DNA of 58,004 bases, the filler included, from Sphacelaria rigidula (Eukaryota), in assembly GCA_964200075.2 (NCBI GenBank). It is 6 parts of 6 records of this genome, joined end to end, with 100 filler letters (N's around TTAATTAATTAA, not from the genome) between each part and the next. Parts side by side here need not be neighbours in the genome. Positions count along the whole stretch, not along the records: positions 48,422 to 58,004 come from CAXNAA020008158.1; 5 more parts are not named here. The stretch is one strand, 5' to 3'. Below are positions 48,422-58,004 of the stretch, one piece after another. Position numbers and translations under genes: made by a program. Under the pieces are notes generated by a model. That model was not told the DNA's origin. It saw nothing but the letters and a program-made list of their open reading frames with translations, and did no database searches. Every line of letters starts with the position of its first letter. Position 1 is the first letter of the stretch.

Positions 48422-48491
48422 GTTGGGAAAGCACTGTTTTAGGCTTGAACTTCATCTCGGAGTTAAGCCTCAATTCGCACAATTTGTTGTT
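48422..48491. mobile_element. Terminal TIR of the AACAACAAATTG MITE family, inserted in Gypsy RT
   Basis: Near-identical to 53283-53349. RT sequence (NAILDAYLGAGLIQHSSSPWASP) resumes immediately after it. Confidence 0.85.
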
Positions 48492-51400
48492 CAATGCTAT
48501 TTTGGATGCATACTTAGGAGCTGGTCTGATTCAACACTCGTCTTCGCCATGGGCTTCACCCCTCGTGGTCGTCCCCCCCAAAAATGGCAACATACGCATC
48601 ACCATGAACTTCAAACGGCTGAACCGCGTCATTGTCGTGGGAAAATTCCCCATACCTCGCATCGACGAAGTCTTCGACTCTCTCAGCGAAGGAAAATATT
48701 CAGCACTTTCGACCTGGCCTCTGGATTTTTGCAAAATGCGATTCACCCCGATACAGTTCCCTTGACGGCGTTCTGTACATCTTCAGGGCTTTCTGAAGGG
48801 CTTCGTATGCCACAAAGCGCTGCCACCGCACCTGCCTGCTTTCAACGCCTCATGCAACGCGTTACTGACGGTCTCGAGCATGTTGTCATATATCTCGACG
48901 GTGCTATTGCTTTTGACACCTCCCCCAAGGCGCATGTTCGCACTCTACGAAAATTCCTCTCCCGCTTGCGTACACACGACTTGAAATTGTCTCCATCCAA
49001 AGCTCGACTCGGAGCCACTGAATTGGATTTTTTGGGACACTATATCTCTCCTACTGGATTGCACCCAGACACGAACAAAGTCAAGGCTATGACTGATCTG
49101 CCCATGTCCATCAATATTTCCAGCTTCGCTCGCTGTTGGGTGGACTTTCCTATTATCGCAAATATTTGCCCAACTTGTCCAAGCGCATCCGGCCCATCAC
49201 AGATTTTTTCAAGAAAAACATCCCGTTTGTCTTCACTGAAGGAATGGAAGCCACCGCCCGCGAACTACTCAAAACACTGACCGAAAAACTGGTTCTTTTT
49301 TTCCCGGATTGGGACGCGGTACAAGACGGCTCACGTCTTTTCCAACTACACACCGATGCTAGCACAGATGGGTTCGGTGCCGTTTTGAACCGGCCCTAAC
49401 TGGACGGCTCTGTCCGACCAATTTTGTACATCAACCGCGCAACACTCCCGAACGAGGCTAACTGGAGTCCACTCGAACTAGAAGGCGGAGTCATAACTTG
49501 GGTGATTAAAAGGCTTCGACAGTACTTATTCCACGTGCCTTTCCACATCTATACAGACCACGGTGCTCTTGAGCAACTCGCTAAGGTTAGAGAACATAAC
49601 CCCCGCGTACAACGGTGACTGGAGTTCTTGACTGCCTACCAGTACACTGTCAAACACCGTTCAGGCAAAACCAATGGCAAAGCTGACCTTCTTTCGCGAT
49701 TGCCTCTGCATCCTACAGCGGTAGATTTCAGTCCCGCTTGCCGCTTGACTGAACCTGATGAACCAGGCGTCTAGCCCATTCGGCGTTTTTCTACGCCCAT
49801 CTACGCGCTTGACCTGCAATGCCCTGAAACGGGTCTGCACATGGGGGGCCTCCGCCCTCTGCCCCCTGATGCAGGTTTGGATGGCTTAGCGCCCACAGCG
49901 GCTGATTCTGCCGACTTCCGCACTTTCGGCCCTCGCGCGAACATCCCGGCGCCGCCACCACCACCTGTTCACCTCGTCTCCGACAACACGCGTTCTCGGT
50001 CGGTAGCTCGCGCAAATTCTTCGCGTGCCATGATACCACCGCCGCCGTCGGCCGCTTCTACCAATGCGTCGCCGCCGCCGCCTCGTGCCCCCACGAGCCG
50101 TGCAACACCTACCGCACCCGACCGTGTGCCCATTGTTGTACCGACAAAGTCCGCGCGCCGATCACGTTCACCAGTTCGCGCTACCTCCCCGTCGCTATCT
50201 GGGAATCTCCCTGCACCTGCGCCTCTGACTCGCGATACACATACGTCAGACCTGCTTCCGGATCAAAATATTGACGTCAGCACCCCCGCTTCTTCACCTG
50301 TGCCACCCCCCCCTGAGCCACCATGTTTGGTTGGCTCTCCGGCTGAAGGACAACTTCGAGAATTTCTCGCTGGCTACTCTCACCGCGATTAGGCTTGCGG
50401 CCAACAACAGGAACCGCTCTATCGCGCGACAATGCGGTACTTACGGCTTAACTGCCCCACCCCTTTCCCGGCTGAGATCCTGACCCCCGTGGGCACTCTA
50501 CCCGCCCCCACCGCCTCTGAAGTGCTCGAGCTGGCATGCAAAGGTACTCTCTTCGCGACTGACGACGACGTCCATTTCTTTGTTCGCCGACCCAACTCCC
50601 ATTGGGGCACAGCTGCCGCAGTGACAACTATTGCTCCGGCACATATGCGTCATGACGCCCCTATCTGCATCTATGTCCCTATCATGATGCGTCCGTGGGT
50701 CACGAAAGGCTGTCACTCTGATTTGTCCTGCCATTTAGGCGTCACGCGCACGTTAGCGCCCCTTGAACGCTTTTATTGGTGGATCGGAATGGAAGCATCC
50801 ACGCGTTTTTGGATCCGACGATGTTTCAAATGTCGGGCTCGCAAAACCTCTCGACATACTGTACGATGGCCGGTGATTTCCATGGAGCTTCCAAACGCTC
50901 CTGGTCACTTCGTATCGTTCGACTACTTCGGCCCTTTACCCACCACTAACCGTGGTAATACCTACATTCTGCTTTTCACCGATCGCTTCAGCCATCACGC
51001 GGCTATGTAGGCCGTTACTGCCAGCGATTTCACTGCTGCCGGCACAGCGGACAGCCTCGTCCATGACAACATTAAGCACTATGGCTGCCCAAAACGGCTC
51101 CTCTTCGACAATGGTAATTTTTCTCCGGAATCTTGGAGGCCTTGTACAAGCTCCTCGTTATTCGCTAAATTGCCACGAGCGCCTACCACCCTAACGGTAA
51201 CGGTGGAACTGAACGTGTGAACCACACGATGGCTCAAATGCTATCCATGATCGTATACGACCGTCAGAATGACTGGGAACTTCATCGTTCGCATGTCATG
51301 CTGTCTTACAACAATGCGGTTGACTCGGCTACCGGTCTTTCGCCCAACGAGCTGCATCTTGGACGCTACCCTCGTCTGCCCATCACCGTTTTCGAAATAC

Positions 51401-52570
51401 ATACCTTCGATGGTCACCAAGGTCTGGAACAGGATCAGATGTCCTACCACGACCTCGCCAGGGCTCGTCAGCGCAAGGCTTTCACTTTGGTGCGCGAACA
51501 ACACGCTATCAACGCCTCACGCCTTGAAAGATCCAATACCGCCCAATACAACTTGATGCACAAACGCGCTACTCGGAAGATCGGCGATTGGGTCTGGATC
51601 TACAACAGTTTGTCCACCATCCGTCAAGGCGCTGACCGCACTGCCCAGGCAACAGTTTTGAAGACGACGCTGTCCCTCAATTGGACGGGTCCGTTCCAAC
51701 TTCTCATTATCGGACCCTCGCCGACGTCTTCTGACGGCAAGCCTGTTGGCGACAAACTCCTCTACCTCGATTTACCTCGTGACCTCCAGGGACACGACGC
51801 AAAATCTCGCGTCTCTGTGCATCGTTGCAAGCCTTGCACGAACCTGCATGACACTACTGGCATGCCTCAATACCTGCCTGTAGGTCTCACTCAATACGTG
51901 CTCAACAGCTACTCAACAAAATCTCCACCGTACCACGTTACCACCGATGACGTGACTGAACAACCTCTCCGCTTGGCCGTGCCCCACAGTTCCGGTCACC
52001 AAATCACTCGAGGTCCTGGCGGTAAAATTGCTGTCATGTACAAGACACACTGGCAAGGTCTTCGGCGTGCATCTTGGGAACGCGAGTCCGACTTTCAACA
52101 GCACCGTCGTGCTATCCTTCTCTATTGGACACAATCCCCACAGCAACAGCTCGCTGACAACAAGGGTTATCGCAACATGAGACGCGGTGCTGCGGCCCGC
52201 GAACTCCACCGCGACAAAGGACTACGTTTTGTAGCCGATAGTTACGAACTCGTACGCACCAAACAATGGGACGAAAAGATTCGCGCGAAACAACAACCGC
52301 TCCGTAAAGGTGCCTATTTGTGGTATAAAGGTAGCGATTACCTCTGGTTGCTAGGGCAGATCCACTCCGTCGATGCCCTCGCGGCTGACGCGTACATTGT
52401 GCGTTTCCTCGACGACCCTGCGCCCGTTCAGCTCAAGCTCCGCCCCGATTTATACACGACTAGCCCCTCCGCACCCCGCGGTTCCTGGTGCCTACAACGC
52501 TTCAAGTCACACGGCCTACGCCGCGGCCTTCAGCGCAACATCGATCGTACCTACGACATCAATGTACCAT
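48492..52570 (+). mobile_element. Decayed Ty3/Gypsy pol (RT, RNase H, P-rich linker, integrase with chromo-like and PWWP-like extension), related to 38857-47080
   Basis: SSPWASP, FDLASG, IYLDG (YxDD mutated), DFLGH, LHTDASTDGFG, CH...CHLG...CFKC, VSFDYFGP, WTGPF and a C-terminus alignable with 38857-39741. Confidence 0.92.
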
Positions 52571-52991
52571 CTTCAGTCCTATCTCTTTGCACTCCCATTC
52601 TCGCGATTTTTTCTCTCTTCTCCCAGTTTGGCTCTGGTAATTCCCTTGTCCCCACTCAAGTACGCTCTTCTCTTCACTGCTTCACGTACAATGGCTCTCC
52701 TATCGCGGCTCATATTTGCCCTCATCGGCCCCTTCGACGACTTCCTCTGGACCCCCTTCGCCCCCTTCCATTGGCCTCTACGCTGCCACCACTTTGTCTG
52801 GCTGACACTCGACCCTATTCGGGTCCTTGGGTTTTTGTTTTCCTGCTTGAGATTGCCACTGTGTCCTCTGCGAGGTTTTCCTTTGCTTTTTATCTAGCTA
52901 GCGCGTCGAAGCATTGTATGCTTTTTCCGTCTGCTGGCTAGCTCGCAGCAGTATTGTGTGCTACTGCGCAGTCAATCGCTATTGCGTAATT

Positions 52992-53349
52992 AACAACAAA
53001 TTGTGCGAATTGAGGCTTAACTCCGAGATGAAGTTCAAGCCTAAAACCGTGCTTTCCCCACACTTTTTCAGCGCAATTCGCCGACTCTGTGAGCTTACAG
53101 CGCTGACCGAACTCGTCATTTTCCCTGATATTACCCCCCTCAAAAAAGGGGTGGAAATGACGGTTTCGGTCAGCGCTATAAGCTCACAGACAGAGTCGGT
53201 GAAATGCGCTGAAAAAGTATCTACGCGATGGAGGGGCATTAGGCCGACAAAAACGTCATCGGGTACCATCGCTGAATGTATGGGGAAAGCGCTGTTTTAG
53301 GCTTGAACTTCATCTCGGAGTTAAACCTCAATTCGCACAATTTGTTGTT
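52992..53349. mobile_element. Complete 358-bp MITE with ~70-bp TIRs and a nested internal hairpin; flanked by AATT
   Basis: AACAACAAATTGTGCGAATTGAGG...CCTCAATTCGCACAATTTGTTGTT, AATT at 52988-52991 and 53350-53353, and an inner inverted repeat at ~53062-53125 / 53155-53219. Confidence 0.9.
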
Positions 53350-55361
53350 AATTCCGCTTTTTGAGGCACCTTTGGGTTTTTCTTGTTTGAGGTGTGGGAG
53401 GATCGGGTACGGGCTGGTCATTGCCCTCTTGTTTCTTTTCGCGTTGTCTCCTCATGACTTGATGGATGAGACAAGCCTCAATTTTAGCTGCTCTTGAGAT
53501 TTCATCGCAACTCAAATAAAGGTTCGTCTGGGTGGGTGAGTGTCATGAGGAAGGAAGATGGAGAGGCGTTATTTGTTCCTGCAGACCATTTTGGGGCAGG
53601 TTGGCTCACATATTATTTCGATCTGTCCATGGGAATACTCCCATGGTTCTGGGGAAGGTTAGTGGCAGACTGTGCGCAGACTGTGTGCAGACTGGTGTAC
53701 CCTAGCCCCGAAAAGGTAAAACGCTTTCTCGGGCCGAGGTCAGATACGTTGCGTTGCATGTACCTCATGCATCCTTGCTCACTCTTTTGAGCTGTCCTCC
53801 CAGCCGAACCATTCTGCTCCTACTGCTTACTCTTGGTGAGAACAGTACGCCAGGCGAGCAAGAGAATAACAAGGGAGAATTACAAGATATCAAGCCTTCG
53901 AACTCTTTTGTTTATTTGCTATTGTTGATCAACAGTCACGAGAACCTGTGTGTGTGAATCACATATCTGCAGCTTGTTCTTCCCGGACACATTGCACTTT
54001 GTCCACCTTACCAAGCCTGCAGCACATTGATCTACCTAGGGAGGTGTGTGGAGCTTGTCCATCCCTATCCTTTTTATACTGGCGTTGACTAATTGGCCGT
54101 GTCTTGCTTGGTTTTTCAGTAGCCGTTCACGCGTATTCTTGTAGCCTTGTTTCCTCGTCTAGCTGTCTCTTTCTGTAGCCCACGTTTGCTGCTTTTCATT
54201 TTTGGTTCACCCTGTACTTTCCCTTTTGTTTGTAGCAGTTTCTTCTTTTTACAGTCCCTCGTTTTCATTCAGCTTTTAGAGTGCTTTCGTTTTTGCTGTG
54301 TTACAGTACTGCAGTTGTGCATCCCTTCAGTTACATCTCAGCCGCAGCCGCCACAATTGTGCCTCCCTTTCTGGCGCACTCGGTCTTGGCCCTTCTCCTG
54401 CTTTACTCGCTCCTGTTGCTGAGCCGCACTTTTGATTTGTAGTGCCCTTGTTCTATTGTCATCGTCCTTTCTGCCCCACATCGCTCGCCGAATATCCCGC
54501 CCAGCGCTATGTCAGATTGCTTGTCGTAACCCCTTGCAAACAGTTGATATTATACCTTATTGGACAGATCCAGAACACGCCGCTTTCATCTTACGGCACG
54601 AGCGACTACCTTTTGATCCTTGCTGGACGTTGACATCTGTGTACCGCTGCTGTGTCTATCGTGCGGTGTCCCCTCACCCTGACTGCTTTAGTGTTTAGTT
54701 CACCGCTTACAACCCACACGCTCATTTTTTCGGTGCGACAACTGTGTAGTAGCATTTGCCGCTCCACCGTCTTGCAGTACTGTAGTGCACATTATCTATT
54801 CTTCCGCAAATTGTCTATTCTTCCGATTACACGACACCTTCCCCGATTGCTACCTCGTATCGGTGCTGTACTTCTGTTACCGCACACCCCCTCGGGTTTA
54901 AACAACACCCCAGCCCCGCTTCTCAAACGTTTTGCCGGGTGTGTACTCCGCGATCGACTTTTGTCTTTGAATTGTGTATCACGCGACGTGCATTTCTATT
55001 AACACCTGTGGTACACCTTCAGTGAGCCTTCCGCGGTCCCCCCCTATACACGGTTGCCTCTACAGGTGCCGTATTTCTGCCGCAGCTTCCTCTCTTTGCG
55101 GCGTTTAGCTTCAGTTCTTCATATTTTGCTCTGCTGTATGCCCCTCCGGTACATAAACAAATTGCCGCGATTATGCTGATTGTTATTATCACCGCAGTTT
55201 ACTCTACTTCGGTGTACCTCCATTTTTAAGTTTTGTAGTCTTTACTACTTCATGTTTTTCGGTACTTACAATCCCCTGCCGAGCCTACACTGCCTGCTAT
55301 TATTACACCAGAATTATTGTACACTAGTGTCCGGCGTCCATTTCTACCTCTTCAATTTAAT

Positions 55362-57750
55362 ATGGCGCAACCACAGAAAATAATTCTCCCCTCGGCCCTT
55401 CCTCCTTACAAATCTTTACGCCGTCAGCGTTTTCTTTCATGACTTCCTTCAAAACCGTTCACTCTTACTTCCCCTGTACACGAAGAAGTAAAATCCGACA
55501 GAGCTTTGGCCCTCCACTCTGACGACTACACGTCTCAAGACTTGGATGCTACTGGTGACCACGACCGCCATTCGTCCAAGACTTCCAACATGATCGCCGA
55601 GTCGCTACGCGCTCGCTCTGTTACGAAACGCACACCGTCCAAGACTCCCGACATGATCGCCGAGTCGCTACGCGCTTGCTCTGTCGCGGACCGTCCACTG
55701 CCCAACACTTCCAACATGATCGCCGAGTCGCTAAGCTCTCGCTCTGTTGTGAAACGCACGCCGTCTTGGAGTTCCAACATGATCGACGAGCCGCTACGCG
55801 CTCGCTCTGTTGTGAAACGCACACCGTCTCGGAGTTCCAACATGATCGACGAGCCGTTACGCGCTCGCTCTGTTGTGAAATGCACACCGTCTCGGAGTGC
55901 CAACATATCTGCCGAGTCGTCACGCGTTTCCGCTGTTGTGCAACGCAAACCGCTTCAGGCTTCCGCCGCGGTTATCGACTCACTCCGCGCTCGCGGTGTT
56001 GACGAATGACACCCGTCTAAGCCTTCCGACGTTCTCGGTACGTCGCGCAAGGGTTCCGATGCCTTACAGCGCCCGCGACGACACGGCATGTACCGTGAGG
56101 ACACTTCTGTTCACCAGCCCTCGCGCCGAATATCCTCCTCGCGTTTTGGCCGCTCAAAAGAGCCTTCCACAGGGCACCTGCCTTTAGTCACGGCTCTTGA
56201 ACACTTGCTCCGTTCATCACCCGCTGTCATTTCTGACGGTCCGGCGACAACTGCCCTTTCACAAGCGCTTGCAGTCGCGTTTCACACAGCCGTTCAACAT
56301 TCAACGCCTTCATATCATGTTCACTTTGACAGTAGTGTGAACCATCAGGCCTCTCCACCAGCGACTGCAGACCATGATGACGAACGTTCGACCCCAGATG
56401 TTCCCTTTGATTCGGATATGGATGGTGACGACACTGTCCACCATGGTGATCGTACCACTCATGTCCATGACGTACGTGCATTGCTATCAGGATTATCATC
56501 GACCACGGGATCCTCACGACCCAAGTCTGTCGATCAGACCCGTGTGAGTTCACGGCTGCCCACGAATGCTTCGTTGACTGACATCCACGCACCCTTACGC
56601 GACGGACAAAGCACTCTCCGTGCCCTTCCGCCCCATCCCGATGCTGCCACTGTGCGTGCGGTGGAACGACAAATCGCAGATCTCCGTCGATACCTGCGAT
56701 CTACTTCTATCATGGCTGACGCCCCGGCACCTTCGACTACCACTCCCATCGCAGCCCCTATACCTACTACGGCTGCAGACATCGATACGGATGCAGAAAG
56801 CACCCGTATCACGCCCTCCGCCCCCCGCGCGGCGACAACTGCGGCTCCCACCACGGCGGATCAGGGTGACACCCCTGTCACGGCCGCTCCGGCGGGATCG
56901 GACCCTTCGCCGCAAGATACTCCGGCCACGAGTTCGGCTCCGGCATCTGCACCAGATGCTTTCACGGACGACCGCCCCCTCTTGGGCGTCGAGCATTGCC
57001 CGCCGGGCCTTCTACCCCGGCTTTGGTTGCGTTGTTCCCACTCAGACGAGGAGCAAATACTTGCTGAATACGAGGCATTTCAACCGGCCACGCTCCCTGC
57101 GCCGCCCTTACCCCGCCAATTGGCGGAGGCCGCTTCTCCGACTCTCCTTCATGATGACCTCACGGCACGTCTAACGCGCCAACGCCAGGCAATTGACTCG
57201 GCGACCAGCCGCCAGCGGCCGGCTCAACAGACTTTGACCGAACGCCTCGCAGCGCTCGACAAGATGCGCGACTCCATCCGGCGCGATGAACACCGTTTGC
57301 GTTAATGTACAACGGCCACGGAGACTGCCACCACGGCTCTACACTCTCTAGAACAGGAGCAACACCTTCCTCTTCGGAGGACCACGCCGAGCGAGCCAGC
57401 GCCTGCACCTTCTGCCGCCATTTCCGGCTCGACGGAAGCACGTCAACCCTCGCGCCCACATGCTGCTGCTGCGGCTCCTACCGCCTCGCCTGCGCGCACC
57501 CCGCCATCGCCACCGCAGGACCTTCAGGCCTCGGCGCCCCCTGCCCTCACACCTGGGCTCCGCCCTCAGGGCAGCCAACGATCTTGGCTTTCATGAACGC
57601 TCCGGCAACTTTCAGGAAAGTACCATCGCCACAACGTCCTCCGCGCTTCTGAGGAGGCTTGGCGTTCGCTTACTCTGCCGATCAACAGCATGATCGTCCC
57701 TTTCCTTCAGCAAGGGGGACAGCTGCCGCACAACGACCCGGTCACCACTG
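55362..57750 (+). pseudogene. Long single-frame gag-like ORF with four in-frame stops, cut at the 3' side by a MITE
   Basis: ATG 55362 and ORFs 55506-56009 and 56088-57305 share one frame, with stops at 55440, 56007, 57303 and 57594 and no frameshift. It has P/T/A-rich and coiled-coil-like tracts. The gag identity is inferred from context only. Confidence 0.55.
55572..56020 (+). repeat. 63-bp coding tandem repeat (~7 units of 21 aa, MIAESLRARSVVKRTPSxxSN)
   Basis: ATGATCG recurs at 55590, 55653, 55716, 55779 and 55842, followed by two degenerate units. Confidence 0.92.
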
Positions 57751-58004
57751 AACAACAAATTGTGCGAATTGAGGTTTAACTCCGAGATGAGGTTCAAGCC
57801 TAAAACAGTGCTTTCCCCACACTTTCAACGATGGTGCCCAATGACGTTTTTGTCGGCCTAATGCCCCTCGATTGCGTAGATACTTCTTCAGCGCATTTCA
57901 CCGATTCTTTGAGCTTACAGCGCTGACCGAAACCGTCATTTCCACCCCTTTATGAGGGGTGTAATCTCAGGGACAATGACGGTTTCGGTCAGCGCTGTAA
58001 GCTC
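57751..58004. mobile_element. Third copy of the AACAACAAATTG MITE (opposite orientation, truncated by the contig end)
   Basis: The TIR and inner hairpin match the reverse complement of 52992-53349. Confidence 0.9.

Noticed and set aside
47000-49000. Divergent pair of Gypsy elements as one inverted structure
   Set aside because: They lie on different contigs separated by an artificial spacer.
52570-52941. Hydrophobic C-terminal tail of ORF 51217-52941 as an env-like or transmembrane domain
   Set aside because: The sister element stops about here. The tail looks like read-through into a pyrimidine-rich 3' UTR after loss of the stop or a frameshift.

Overview
Eukaryotic, intron-containing, transposon-rich nuclear DNA. 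It is most likely a stramenopile and probably a brown alga (inferred from the splice style, a bipartite plastid-type presequence and the retroelement types; not proven). The window is not one locus. It is six unrelated contigs (9585, 9584, 9584, 9584, 9584 and 9583 bp) joined by artificial 100-bp spacers (44N-TTAATTAATTAA-44N). Contig 1 holds a nested copia > LINE > Gypsy stack whose Gypsy has lost RT/RNase H, plus a MITE and two tRNA-derived SINEs. Contig 2 has MITEs and a two-exon COA4-like twin-CX9C gene. Contig 3 has MITEs, an unknown multi-exon gene and the 5' end of a probable plastid-targeted protein gene. Contig 4 has the 5' part of AAR2 head-to-head with a complete four-exon Nudix hydrolase gene. 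Contigs 5 and 6 each carry a decayed, related Ty3/Gypsy element whose integrase ends in a chromo-like domain followed by a PWWP/Tudor-like domain, which is the most interesting observation here. Contig 6 also has a repeat-containing gag-like frame and three copies of a double-hairpin MITE. No rRNA, true tRNA or CRISPR array was seen.
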